Positions 13,811 through 26,975 of a stretch of DNA of 64,000 nucleotides are shown here, in pieces. The stretch is from assembly GCF_006345805.1 (NCBI RefSeq), contig NC_043012.1, positions 56,358,001 to 56,422,000 on the forward strand. Direction: 5' to 3'. Numbering within the stretch: the stretch's first letter is position 1; every line of letters begins with the position of its first letter. The notes below the pieces were generated by a model. The model was not told the origin of the DNA. It did no database searches and was given only the letters and a program-made list of their open reading frames with translations. Source of the DNA: Octopus sinensis. Taxonomy: Eukaryota. The translations under genes and the position numbers were made by a program.

Positions 13811-14559
13811 CTACTCCTAATATGCCTATTCCCCCTAAACAGAAATTTAGACATAAGTTGAAAATTATGTAATTTAATTTAATTTGTACATGTCTATAAA
13901 TATCTGAATACTTTGAAGCCCTAGTACTACCACAGAGAGGATCAGTATGTCTAGAGTTGGAATTTTTTTTCTGTTTTTTACTTAAAACTAGTTTCAAGAC
14001 TGTTTCTAAGTTTTCAACTTCACTAGAATGATGACTCAACAAATTACCATAGCTAGATCAGCGATTCTCACAAGAGGCGAGCAACAGTGCTGTGAAGACT
14101 GAAATGCATGAGGACTAATTGCCACACTTATAAAGTTAAGAGGGTTTGTTTTTTTTTTATTTGTCCAACACCTAGTGAAGGAAGAAGAATTATATAAATG
14201 TAAACTCTACTTTGTCTTCACATTCACCAAGAATTGTAGGAGGGTGAGTGACAAAAAAATTTCACTAAAAATTTGGCGGGAAGATTTTATATTTGGCAGT
14301 TTGAGAACTAGTGGTTTGGATCACTCATAAGTTTAATAATATAAGAAGACTAATAATACAAATAAAAATCTGACACATGTTTAGTAACACAAGTCTAAGA
14401 AAATAATATAAGTTACCAAAAGTATTGAATATTCACCTGCAGGTTAAATCAATATGTAGTTTTCATTTAATATTATCAACAAAGCTTCTTAGAAATTTAA
14501 AATAATCAATATATTCTGTTCTATTACTGTCAAATTCAAGCTGTGGGATTGAGTCCAGG

Positions 14560-15500
14560 GATTTGTATTTCCGATGATGATGGTGAAAGAGCATGCACTT
14601 AGTTTTTGAGATGTTGAGTAAGAGTTTATTTTCCATTAGGCAACTTGATACATTTAAAAATTCATTGTTTATACTGTTTTGTTTCTGCTCTATACAGATC
14701 TAAAATCAATGATGCGTCATCTGTACACAGCATTAAATTAAGTAATTTTGAGGCTATGGAAGTGTTTGTCACAAACCTAATAAATAACAAAAAGTCACAA
14801 ATTGGAGCCTGTGGAACATCTATAGAAAGTGGTAGATTAGATGTTATTTCACTGTTGTAATAAGCAAATTGTGACTGGTTAGTAAGATGAATGTAGAACA
14901 CAAGCTGTATTTCATATCTAATGATGTAGTTTAGCAAGCAGAATATCAGGATTCAGAGTCAAAAGTTTTTGGCAGGTCCGAGATTATGCTAATTGGTGGG
15001 TTTTTTTTTTCTTTTTAGCTATCTTTATGGTTGTATATTATGTGGAATAATTTCTGCCAAAACTGTATTTTCTCTCTGTAAAGTAGGTCATTTCCATAAA
15101 TAAATAAAATATACATAAAAAAGAGTTGAAGAAAGATGGCTATTTCAAAAATTTTAGATATGTTGGTAAGTAGAGAAAGTGATTGTTAGTTCAAACACAC
15201 ATTCTTGTTATCTTTTTTTTTTGAAAATAATAACTTTTGTGAATTTTAATGGGTTACAAAAAGGGGATTTATTAATAAACAAAGGGATTTGACAAGGATC
15301 CTTTTCAATGACTAGAGAAAATACAGATGCAGTTATAACCAAACCTCTGCTTCAGCATCAAACCATTGATAATTTTTGTAGTTTCTTCAACGAAAATAGG
15401 TTTAAAAGTTATTATAGTAGAAGGCATTATGTCTTAAAATTTCTAATAGCCATTTGAGAAACAGAACATGTTTGCAAAAATGTGTCCCCCTACTAGGGAA
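14560..15500 (-). mobile_element. Fossil CR1/L2-group LINE, RT half
   Basis: Minus-strand peptides TFKPIFVEETTKIING, LLTNISKI and SNLPLSIDVPQAPICDFLLF...LCTDDASL, a degenerate GVPQGSILGPLLF...YADD. Confidence 0.65.
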
Positions 15501-16277
15501 ATATATTTCAAACTGTTGTGATAAGAAACAATAGCAAAGAAACAAATTTGTTTGCTCCAAAAAAAAATCCCTATCAGTATTGGAAGCACAAGTGTAAGCA
15601 TGCCCTTGATTATTGAAAATGGCTGGCTAGCTGTTAGTCTTCAACCAAACTGAACATCTCAACCAGAACTAACAATAAGGATTTCATAATAGTCACCAGT
15701 ACTTTTAAGTATTTTCTCGATTCTTTTTGAGTGATGAGGAAATTTGAGGGATGAAGCTGAGATTCCCCCCTTTAATAACCAGATCAGTGTTGAATTACTT
15801 CTATTCATATGCTTGCTGAGCCTGTTTTCTAAGCATGTCACTTCAGCAATCATTGACAGAACATTCATCAGTAAACCCAAAACTTGTCCAGGTCAGATTC
15901 TTCAACAAGTCAACATTGTAGCAATCACAAAAGGAAGATGCTTCAGAGGTACCAGAGTTTAACCAATTTACTATGGAGTATGGCCTTTCAGATAAGGCTA
16001 TATCTTTGGTTGAAACAATGTCAATTTATCCGTCTGGATAGTTGATATGCACAGTGACTTATAGCATCAATCAGGTTAGCAGTTTAATATGGATAATCAT
16101 CATCATTTGATGTCCCTTTTTTCATGCTGGCATAGGCTGGACAGTTCCAACATGAAATTTTGATGGAAGGTTTTAATTTAAATCCCCCTAATACAGGAAG
16201 TTTGTATCATAGAATCAGAGATGGTCTCAGGTGGGTTGGTATCAAAAGGATTAAAACAAATGATTAACACATTTTTT

Positions 16278-16987
16278 GGATCTTTACCTTTTGACCGACA
16301 GATTTAAAAAATAATTTTTTGTAACTAAGCACTTTCAAACTTCATATACTGGTACATTGTGTCACATAAAACATCTTTTACTCTTGGCGTAATTGAGGAA
16401 ATTCTGTATTTTGGAAGTTATTTCTTGTTAAAGTTGTCATATTTCAGTAATTTCAACCAATCAATGACGTGTATTCAGCTGAATAAAATTACTGCTGTTG
16501 TTTGTCAACAACAACTATCGGCGATGTATATTTCGTTTGTCACTGTTATTTATGACATCGTTAGTGCGTTTATACTGGTTTTAGCTGTAAGAGGTTAGGG
16601 TTTTAGGGTTAGGGTTACGGAAAAAAATGAAAAATGAAGCACAAACAATTATGGTGGTGCCATGAAGTAAACATGCTTCAGATACACTCATTTATTCATA
16701 CAAACGTAACTGAGATGAAATATGTCATAAATAACAGTGACAAACGAAATATACACCGCCAGAAGTTGTTGGCAAACAACAGCAGTAATTTTATTCAATT
16801 GAATATACGTCATTGGTTGAAATTACAGAAATATGACAATTTTAACAAGAAATAACTTCCAAAATACAGAATTTTCTCAACAACACCAAGAGTAAAAGAT
16901 GTTTAATGTGACACATTATACGAAGTTTGAAAGTGTTTAGTTACAAAAAATAATTTTTGAAATCTGTCAGTCAAAAGGTAAAGATCC
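16278..16987. mobile_element. Foldback MITE with GGATCTTT termini, 8-bp TSD and central TTAGGG repeats (Merlin-like)
   Basis: Long TIRs ggatctttacc...ggtaaagatcc; flanks catttttt / cttttttt; TTAGGG units near 16595-16615; inserted in the Gypsy fossil. Confidence 0.85.
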
Positions 16988-18900
16988 CTTTTTTTTTTTT
17001 ATTGTAATAGAAAAGCATGAATTAGAATAGTTTGAATTAGTTCTGTAAAAGAAGAAAATCAAAAATTCAATGTAGTAATTAAATAAACATAATGGTTGTT
17101 GCAGCTGTTTAACATTACTAGGCATCAAGTAATCAAGAAGGGATTTCCATCTTTCTGGATCATGCTGCAAAGTATGAATTTCTAGTTTGTAACCTAGGTA
17201 ACTAATGAGTATTTGGTCAAGAAGATATTTATCATCATACAATATCGTAATGAGAGCCTTAGTAACTGAAATAAAGTAAGCCAAATTCCCATCATGCTAA
17301 TGAGAATAACATCTCCAAGAGAGGCATTGAACTCCTTTGATATCATCATTAGTAATTATACAATCCATCATGCTTTAAAATAGCTATTATATCAATGGCC
17401 GTACCAAAGGGTAACTTTGAATTGTGAATTGGAAAAAGCATCCATTAGTACATCTCTTATCATCACTGTGGAGTGAAATCTGATAGCATGTTGTTTGCTC
17501 TAGAATTTATGGTCAGAAACAGTACGCATGAGATATTCAATATTAGAAAGTGGATACGCATCTAGAAAGCAGTAATGATTTATCATCTGCAAGTAGTTGA
17601 TAACAAGGCATTGTTTACCACTGTTTCTCCTACCAATTTTGCTCACCATGGAGAGATTGAAAGATCAATAATACCATCATCAAGAAGCTATTTAGTTTCA
17701 TTTCATCAAGTGAAGACAAGCAATGAGGTTTTATAGCAATTGATTTCAAATCATAATAGAGATGGGAATATATAAGGAGGGATCACCAACAAAGGAACGA
17801 GTTGAGCAATAGTTTTTTTTTTTTTTTCAATGATCTTCTAAATTTAAATATAACAAAGTCATGTCATTTAAGCATTTCGTTATCACATTTCTGTTGAAAC
17901 ACATTGCTTTGCCTTTGTTTCAATTAATTTTGAAAAAAATGAAGAATTCGATAAAATAACATTATCATTATTAAGTAGCGTTTGGCACATAAATTAACAT
18001 GAAGTTTGTGCCATAGAACTAGAGAAGTTATGGGCAGGTTGGTATTAAAAGGATTAAGGAAATCCTATTTCTGAATTATAGAAGAATGCAAGCTATGCAA
18101 AACAATAAATGTATCTTTCCACTAAACAAAAAAAAAAAAAAGATCAGATGCCTGAAATATAGAAAGCTAAAGAAACATCTATTTAGATCAAGTTGTCAAG
18201 GATTGTAAATGCAAAGATTTCTGTCACTTTAACCGCCGTATGGTCATTAAAAATGTCCCACCTCTTTTGCAATTGTAGCGAGTCTAGTTCTTTGCTGGAC
18301 AGTGGTCAAATAGGAATCAGCACAAATATAGCACCTTCATCTACAGACTGATTTATAAATGTTATCAAGGGAGCTGGATTCTATTTTGGCTGCTGCTTCA
18401 AATAGGACATTGAGAGGAAGTTTAATCATGCTGGTAAACCTTTGGAATTTCTTTGAGTAGCTTCCAGTGGATCAGCTTGTGTGATAGCTTGTCCCAAATT
18501 CAATGAAGAGTTTTCAAGGAGTCTTTGTTACACACACTTAAAAGAAATCTCAAAAGAAGTCTCTAATGGTCTCTTCTTGACTTTATATGTGTGTGTTTGT
18601 GTGTGTGTGTATATAAGTGGAGGCACAATGACCCATTGGTTAGGGCAGCGAACTCGCAGTCGGAGGATCGCGGTTTTGATTCCCAGTGAGTGAAAGCTCC
18701 ACGAGGCTCTGGCAGGGGGTAGTGGTGACCCCTGTTGTACTCTTTCGTCACAACTTTCTCTCACTCTCTCTTCCTGTTTCTTAAGTAACACTGCGATGGA
18801 CTTGCATCACGTCCAACTAGGAAGAACATATACGCCACAGAAACTGAGGAAACCCGTGAGCCCGGCTAGACTTGAAAAGGGCAACGTCTATCGTTATATA

Positions 18901-18938
<38 letters not shown>

Positions 18939-18947
18939 AGCAGTTAC

Positions 18948-19094
18948 AGGCGCAGGAGTGGCTGTGTGGTAAGTAGCATGTTTACCAACCACATGGTTCC
19001 GGGTTCAGTATCTTCTGCTATAGCCTCGGGCCGACCAAAACCTTGTGAGTGGATTTGGTAGACAGAAACTGAAAAGAAGCCCGTCGTATATATG

Positions 19095-19129
<35 letters not shown>

Positions 19130-19339
19130 TTGCGTGTCTGTGTTTGTCCCCCTAGCATTGCTTGACAACCGATGCTGGTGTGTTTATGTCTCCATTACTT
19201 AGCGGTTCGGCAAAAGAGACCGATAGAATAAGTACTGGGCTTACAAAAGAGTAAGTCCTGGGGTCGAGTTGCTCGATTAAAGGCGGTGCTCCAGCATGGC
19301 CGCAGTCAAATGACTGAAACAAGTAAAAGAGTAAAGAGT
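18948..19339 (+). mobile_element. CORE-type SINE family B, copy inside Gypsy gag
   Basis: Head and tail present as for family B, but the CORE motif is deleted in this copy. Confidence 0.85.
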
Positions 19340-19989
19340 ACAGCCTGAAATTGACAGCAAAAGCTTTGTAGAATTGTTACATAAGATTCCATATCTACTA
19401 TAGCTAGTTAATGTTTTTGTGACAGCAATTTGAATCTGCAAAAAATTATATACTGTTGTTAAATGAAACTGCGACAGAGTAACTTTTACAGTATTATAGT
19501 AAATGCCTCTATAATATGGCTGAAGACTGATGGCTATATAAGTAAGTTGAATGAGTCCTTGATGTTCAGTTGGGTCTAAGAATTCTGGAAGAAAATTCAG
19601 AAATGTAGTTTTCCAGTATGCTCATACTGCTTTTGCATCTGATGGAGTACTGTCAAAGCAATGTGAACAAAGATATTTTTCTTTTAATATTGTTTTATTT
19701 CACTGCAGAAAGATGTCTCCAGAAATACTTTCAAGTTTAACATGATAAGAATAATTGTTTAAGTTTGCACAGAAAAAGAAATTATTGTGACAAGAAACAA
19801 TTACTGAGAATGAAATCGTTTTATCTGGTATAAATAGGTTCTGTATTTGAAGAACAAGTGTAAGCATGTCCAACTTTACTGAAAATGGCTGACTGCCAGC
19901 CTTTAATCAAAGTATATCTATCATAAAGTACCTGAACCAAAACTAACAACAATGATTTCATGGCACTTAGGTTTTCCAATCTCTCTACC

Positions 19990-21580
19990 ATCATTAGCAA
20001 TGAAATAATCTACCACCATCATCAATAAATTAATCAGGATATAAATTTGGTTTCGATTTTCTATTTAGAGTTTAGTTGATAGTTCGCCATGTCTTTTTTC
20101 TTTACCTTTTTCTAAGGGGAGGGAGGTGTTATATCATTTATTTTTACATTAGGAAAATAGGCTAGAGTTCTGCGTTTAGTATGCATTTCCAATAAGTCGA
20201 TTGTTAGATTGAATATTTGTTTTTAAATATCTTTTCCTTCAACTCTGTGGATCCTAAATCTTCAACTGTTCTATATACATGTGAACTCCTCGTTCATTTA
20301 ATTTTCAAAAAAAATTTAGATAACATTTGCCATCAATAATTCTTTTCTTGATTATATTTATTAAACTTAATGTTTGAGAGCGCTAGGTGATTTTTTTTTA
20401 TATCTTTTATTTTTCTGATAATTAAAAGAAGACATACAGTATTTTCATTAACACAGTGACTATTCAATATTTAATTTTGTCTGAATAATAATCCATGGTC
20501 ACTATTTAACATGTAATCTTGTCTGAACAATCCATGGTTACTATTTAACATGTAATCTTGTCTGAATAATTCATCGTTACTATTTAACATGTAATTTTGT
20601 CTGAATAATCCATCGTTACTATTTAACATGTAATTTCATCTGAATAATCCATGGTTACTATTTAACATGTAATTTTGTCTGAATAATCCATAGTCACTAT
20701 TTAACAAGTAATCTTGTCTGAATAATCCATAGTCACTATTTAACATGTAATTTTGTCTGAATAATCCATCATTACTATTTAATATGTAATTTTGTCTGAA
20801 TAATCCATCGTTACTATTTAACATGTAATTTTGTCTGAATAATCCATGATTACTATTTAACATGTAATCTTGTCTGAATAGTCACTGATACACCATAATT
20901 TTAATGAGGACAGGCTTTATCAATTCATCCAGAAATGCAAAACGGGACAAGTGATCAGAAAAACGTTTGAACGAAATTCCTAAATAGAAGCAATAATGAT
21001 AGGAGAAACTCTTCCACATAAGTGTTCAATTAAGCTGGCATTTTTATCAGAGAATCATGTTGGCAATGTTATTTTGGGACATAAATTATTGTTCATTATG
21101 TCGCAAATTTGCCGCTATCAATCCAAAGATTAATGTTAAAATCACATGTGACTATAAATGAGTTCACTAGCTTTTCATTTGATGTTTTGGCAAAAACCAT
21201 TATGACACATTTCATGTGTATCACATGGTGAAAAATAAAAAAGGAAAATTCCATAGATTTATTGATTTTATTCTGGTTAATATCGATAATTTCACTAACT
21301 TGACATTCTCAAGAATCAGGATAGAAGATTTAAGTTTTAGATCCTCAACATTAAAGCACGTCTTCATATAGAAAATTAGGCCACCATTTTTCCCTTCAAC
21401 AGTTTGATTATGTGAGAAACAGTTATAGCTGCCTAATTTTAGATTATTACCAAAATGTTCATGTATATGGTTTTCCTGAAAACAGATTATGGGAAATTCA
21501 AAGTTTAAGGTAACTAAATCATTTATAAAACGATTTTTTACCTTGATCATAAATAAAAGATTTGAGATCGCACAGAGAAG
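19990..21580 (-). mobile_element. Fossil CR1/L2-group LINE, APE endonuclease and linker half
   Basis: ORF 21221-21550 has FPIICFQEN...GGLIFYM (APE domain IIC.QETW / GGV..Y). Linker motif KKTWRTIN at about 20090. Confidence 0.65.
20456..20880. repeat. 39-bp minisatellite, about 11 copies
   Basis: Unit ttgtctgaataatccatNgttactatttaacatgtaatY; tctgaa recurs at 39-bp spacing from 20522 to 20873. Confidence 0.95.
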
Positions 21581-22144
21581 TAATGTATATTGGAACTGAA
21601 AATGGAGAAAGAATCGCTCACTCCAACTTAATCAGCTTTTGTACATCTGTGGAATTGAATTATGACCAATTGTTTGCCAAAGAGAGAAATTTCTATACCA
21701 TTCATGTTTTCAATCAAAAGAGAAATTTTTGCTAAGACTGCTCTCTCAATCAAAAGACTAAGCATGCCCATAATACAGAAAATCAGGCAACCATTCTCCC
21801 AAGATTCAATCAGAGAAAAACGGAGCCATCTACTTTAAGATAATTACTAAACTGTTTAGGTATGTGGCTTGTCTCAAAGACAAATTCCAAAATATTCAGA
21901 GTTTGTATTACCTAAACCATGTCATATACATATATGTCAGTTTTTATGTTAAGTTACATATATATATAAAAACAATTCAACATTAAACTGAAGGATTAAT
22001 CAATAGTAGAGTACATGGTTGATTAAACATTTACAAGGAAAAGTTGACAGTGACATCAGACAGTCTGACAAAGACAAGCTAACTGAAACATTGAAGTTAC
22101 TGTCAACCTTTTCCTCATAAAAATACAACTACACACACATTTTT

Positions 22145-22189
<45 letters not shown>

Positions 22190-22193
<4 letters not shown>

Positions 22194-23626
22194 GTTAAGT
22201 GAAAAGCAAGTAACGTTTTGAACCATGAAGAATTTGTACTATATTCTTGCAGAGTTTTGAATTTTTTAAAAATATTTTTTGCACCCAAATGCATCAATAA
22301 ATTAACATTGGTATTTTTTTCACCATTGTTACAATCATCTGATATGGAACTGTCAAAGCACAATATTCAAGCAATTTTGCTATTCAACTTCAAAAAAGGA
22401 TGTAAAGCAGCTAAAACTGCTTGCGATATCAAAGAAGTGTTTGGTGAGGAAATGACCAGTGAGTGGTCAGCTCAAAAATGGTTTAAACGATTACGCAGTG
22501 GAGACCTGAGCCTTGAAGATCATGAGCGTAGTGGACGCACAGCTGTCATTGATGACAGTCAGTTAAAGACTGTCATTGAGAAACATCCACATAAAACTAC
22601 TCGAGAACTGGAAAAGAACTTCAAGTTAGCCAGAAAACTGCCAGCAATCATTTGCATGGGATCGGAAAATCAAAAAAGCTTGACAAATGGGTACCACACG
22701 ATTTGATTGAAAATCAGAAAATGCGCAGATATGAAATCTGCTCGTTGCTTCTTCTCCATAACCAGACTGTACTGTAACTTGTGATGAAAAGAGGATTCTG
22801 TACAATAATAAAACATTTTTTGCAGTGGTCAAACCAAAATGAAGCACTGAAAATTTTCCCCAAACCCAAGCTCTTCAAAAAGAAGGTTATGGTGACTGTT
22901 TGGTGGACTCATCCACTATAGCTCCTTGAAACCTAGAAAAACCATTATTGCAAAAACATATTGCCATGAAATTGCCAAAATGAATGAAAAACTGCTATGC
23001 CTCTGTCCCAGACTGGTCAACAGAAGAGAGCCAATCATTCTTCATGACAATGCTCGACCACACAAAAGGTGACGAGCTGGCAGAAATGTTAGCATGCTGG
23101 GTGAAATGCTTAGTGGTATTTCATTTGTCTTTATGTTCTGAGTTCAGATTCTGCCGAGGTTGACTTTGCCTTTCATCCTTTTGGGTTCGATAAATTAAGT
23201 ACCAGTTGCATACTGGGATCAATCTAATCAGCTGGCCCCTCCTCCCCAACAAAAATTTCGGGCCTTGTGCCTAGAGTAGAAAAGAATGCTTGACCACATG
23301 ATGCTCCAGAAGGTGAGGGAACTTGGCAACGAAGTTCTTCCCACCCAGCTTATTCCCTAGACCTTTCTCCTACTGACTACCACTTTTTCAAACACCTTGA
23401 TGGTTTCCTGTGAGAGGAGGAGTTCAAAAATGAAACCAATGCTGAAAGTGCATTCAAAGAGTTCATCAGCTCCAGAACTTGATTTTTATGTTACCAGATT
23501 AACTCGTTAGCAAAAATGTGTTGATTGTAATGGTACTTACTTTGATGAATAAAATTTCTGCATTGTTGAAATATATTGTGATGAATTTCATGTTTCAAAA
23601 TGTTGCTTACTTTTTACTCAGCCTGA
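22190..23626 (+). mobile_element. Full-length but inactivated mariner (DD34D-type) transposon
   Basis: TA-flanked TIRs (tcaggttaagtgaaaagcaagtaacgttttg / caaaatgttgcttactttttactcagcctga). Transposase from ATG 22344 (MELSKHNIQ...), with VTCDEK, LHDNARPH and YSLDLSPTDYHFF motifs; frameshifts, stops and a SINE insertion. Confidence 0.93.
23066..23284 (+). mobile_element. tRNA SINE family C (Deu/Nin-domain-like) inserted in the mariner
   Basis: aaggtgacgagctggcagaa head and gaggttgactttgcctttcatcc...gataaattaagtacc core; target duplication aatgctYgaccaca. Other copies at about 33050-33240, 37940-38125, 40040-40252, 49180-49368, 54982-55215 and 63939-64000. Confidence 0.85.
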
Positions 23627-23856
23627 TATATATATATATATATATATACACACACCATCCGAGCGTGGCCATTCGCCAGCCTAGTCTGGCACCTGTGTCG
23701 GTGGCACATAAAAAGCACCCACTACACTCACGGAGTGGTTGGCGTTAGGAAGGGCATCCAGCTGTAGAAACTCTGCTAGATCTGACTGGCCTGGTGCAGC
23801 CTCCCAGACCCCAGTTGAACCGTCCAACCCATGCTAGCATGGAAAGCGGACGTTAT

Positions 23857-25505
23857 AGATGCTTTATACTAAAACATCTTAATTAGGAGCAGAATTAGGC
23901 TAGACAAAATGCAGTTTGGCTTCACCCTGAGCATAAGCGCTACTGATACTATTTCCATAGTCAGGCAACTGCAAGAGAAGTACTTAGCTAAGAATAAATC
24001 ATTATACTTGGCATTCATTGATCTAGCGAAAGCCTTCCATAGAGTTCCTCGCTGTGCAATATGATGGGCTCTGAGGTTAAGGGTAGATGAGTGACTTGTG
24101 GAAGCTGTACAGGCCATGTACAGAGACAGTGTAAGGTGAAAGTTAACCACAAGGACAACAAAGAATTTGGTTCACAAGTAGGCATTCATCAAGGGTCAGT
24201 CTCTAGTCCCCTCCTTTTTATCATTGTCCTCCAGACCATAACGAAGAAATTCAAAACTGGCAGCCCCAGTGAACTACTATATGTTGATGATCTTGCCCTC
24301 ATAGTAGACTCTATACTGGAGCTAGAAAAGAAATTCCAGGTGTAGAAGCAAAACCTGGAATCAAAGGGCCATAATGTTAACTTAGCAAGAACTAAGGTTT
24401 TAGTAAGCAAGAAAACAGACAGGATCCCACCCACTTCTGATAAGTGGCTTTACTCGATCTGTAAGAAAGGTGTAGGCAGGAATTCCATGCAGTGTACTCT
24501 GTATAAGCTGTGGACACATAAAAGGAGCTGTGGACACATAAAAGGTGCTGTGGAAAAGTAAGAAGGTTATCAGAGAAAGTGTTGTTTGTATGTGGAAGAT
24601 GCACAAGAGCCATAAGAACTGCTGATACTCAGGAAATTGACTTTCTCAAATGCCCCAGAGGGTCATTAGAGGTAGTGGACGATTTCTGCAACCTAGAGGA
24701 TAAAATAAGCAGTGAAGGAGGATGTACAGAAAGTGTAATGGCTAGAATAAGAATAGAATGGAGGAAATTCAGAGAGCTTTTACTTCTGTTGGCAATCAAA
24801 GGTTTCTCTCTCCGGCTGAGAGGAAGATTGCATGATGCATGTATACAAACAGTAACCCTAAATGGGAGGCAGATGTGGGCCCTGAATGTAGAGGTCATGT
24901 GAACATTAGAGAGGAATAAGGCAAGTATGCTCCGCTGGATGTGTAATGTAAGCATACATGTTCGACAGAGTGCTAATGTACTGAAAGAGAAGTTAGGCAA
25001 AAGAGGAATTAGTTGCTGTGTGCAAGAGAGAAGACTGTGTTGGTTTGGTCATGTGATGAGAATGGATGCTGACAACTCCATAAAGAGTCAATCTTTCAAA
25101 GTGGATGGAACATGTGGAAGAGGGAGACTGGGGAAGACATGGGACGAAGTACTGAAGGACGACCTCAGGATGTTGAACCTTCCAGACAAGATGACAAAGG
25201 ACCAAGATACCTGGCGCCTTGCTGTACTCAACAAGACTCGTCATACATAGAAGTGTTAAGGCTACTTCCTCTGGTGAGGAGGATTGGCCTGCAAGAGTGC
25301 AGCACTGGGGTCACGTAAAAAGTACTTGTGCAGTGTCACATTAAAAGCACCTAGCCCCAACTGTAAAGTGGATGGCGTTAGGAAGGGCATCCTGCCGTAG
25401 AAACCAAGCCAAATCCGACTGGAACCTGGTGCAACTCCAGTTTGCCAGCTCCACTCAAACCGTCTGACCCATGCCACCATGGAAAACAGACGTTAAAGGA
25501 TGATA
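23857..25505 (+). mobile_element. 5'-truncated RTE-clade LINE (RT domain, decayed PHD-like finger, 3' UTR)
   Basis: QFGF, VRQLQEKY, LAFIDLAKAF, VGIHQGSVSSPLLF, LLYVDDL, MLRWMC, WFGHVMRM and RGRLGKTW motifs; multiple stops and frameshifts. Confidence 0.93.
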
Positions 25506-25736
25506 TTGTGTATGTGTGTGTATGTGGAATTTGAACTCACAGGGAATTTGTTATAGCTTAGCTATGTTCACCAGACCCTATAAATAACTCTAAACAAAGT
25601 TCCAGTTTTTCCAAATAACAGCTAAATGGTTATCAGAGGATGGAGTTAGAGAACCTGTACGAAAAACAAAGGGCAAACAAAAGATTACGAAAAATATTTT
25701 TTTCAAAAACCCTCACTTTTAATTTATTCTAAAATC

Positions 25737-25869
25737 GGCGTAAGTACCAGTGTAAGTACCAAATACATTTCAAGAAAGTGTTTGTTTTTTTATATATGGG
25801 GGGTTAGGGTTTCTGTTATCTTCAGAAATGTAAACAAAGTCATGTGTGTACTTATACCGAAGGATTGCC
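25737..25869. mobile_element. Tiny GGC...GCC element with perfect 8-bp TSD and a GGGTTAGGG motif
   Basis: ctaaaatc on both sides (25729-25736 and 25870-25877); partial TIR taagtac/gtactta; right end reads ggcaatcc on the minus strand. Confidence 0.6.
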
Positions 25870-25892
25870 CTAAAATCTACTAGCAATTAAAA

Positions 25893-26975
25893 AATAGATA
25901 TTTTTCTTTATTAGCCACACAGGGCTGCACACAGATGGGACAAATTACAAGGTAGAGCTTTTATTTTGGGGATAAAAAAAGGGGGGGTTGGTTTTCGATC
26001 AAAAGGGATTGTAAAAGGAAGGAAAGAGGAAAGCAAAAGAAAAAAAAAGAAAAAAGGGAAAAATTTTAAATAAAAAATCAATCAATAGGGATCGTTATCA
26101 CAGAAATGTCAATATGAAGTGCAAAGGGGAAGACAGGTGCGGTTTACCCATAGAAAGAAAAGCCTACGGAAAAGACCACGGTAACCTCGGTCAATGAAGT
26201 CACATGCTACATTTTTTTTTTTTTACAAATAAGTAACTCTCTGTATTAAATTTTTACCGTTTATAGGATCATACTCAAGGTGGCTTCGTCATTCATACGT
26301 GCCATCCTTGCTACATTCACCCATCTTTTTTTAAAACATTCACTAGACAAAATTTGCCTCTCTACTCTCACTTTCCTTTTCAAGTGATACTTGAAGAACT
26401 TGAAGAAGTTGATGAGAGATTGACCAGAGAGGAGAGTGTTTGTCTCTAATCCTTTCAGGCGCGTCCACCAGATACATTCTTTCGCCATAGCCACAAGTAT
26501 GATAAAAATGGCTCTTCCTTCCCGTTTGAAAGAAGGAGGCGTGACGATATTAACGATAGACTCGGCCGATAAACCGACACGTCCCACACGTGACAGCAGT
26601 CGTTCGACATAAGTCCACAGGTCGGTGATTGTTGGACACTGTACGATTGCGTGCAGAACGGTTTCGTCGCTCTAACCGCATCTCGGGCAGGTCGGCCTCG
26701 TGTTTCTCGAGCCATGCCTATAGAGCTTATCCCGAACAGGTAGCGCTTCTCGGTAGCACTGCCAGGCCAGGGATCTCTGGAAGTTGTCCATAGGTCCCGG
26801 CCCGAAAGTCGTCTCAAAAAGGCGGGTCAGGTATTCCTCGTTCGCCCCAAGATCGTCGTCATACCTCCCCTCCACTAATCCCTTATAGAATGCTTTGGTT
26901 GTGTTGAAGTCACTCAAGGTCGACCCGGGACGGCATAGTTGTTTGAGAGCAACGCGACACTCGCGGTGCCAACTT
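25893..26975 (-). mobile_element. 5'-truncated L1/Tx1-type LINE (zf-RVT C-terminus and 3' UTR), comparatively young
   Basis: GC- and CpG-rich island. ORFs give SLAWQCYREALPVRDKL...CPRCG and AKECIWWTR. Ends ggctaataaagaaaaa. Confidence 0.8.

Larger units (their letters stand above)
15514..19970 (-). mobile_element. Fossil Ty3/Gypsy LTR retrotransposon with degenerate LTR pair (about 15514-15700 and 19785-19970)
   Basis: Gag-like YWKTTFLNF (about 19600), zinc knuckle HCPAKN*TRYNCKRG (about 18270), RT motifs LDAYPL, LPFG and YLGY...DPER...P.NVKQLQ (16990-17660). Flanking direct repeats share ttgtgaYaagaaacaat, caagtgtaagcatg, tgaaaatggctg and aactaacaa..a.gatttcat. Confidence 0.75.

Noticed and set aside
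20456-20880. CRISPR-like array
   Set aside because: Units are head-to-tail with no unique spacers, there are no cas genes, and the context is eukaryotic.
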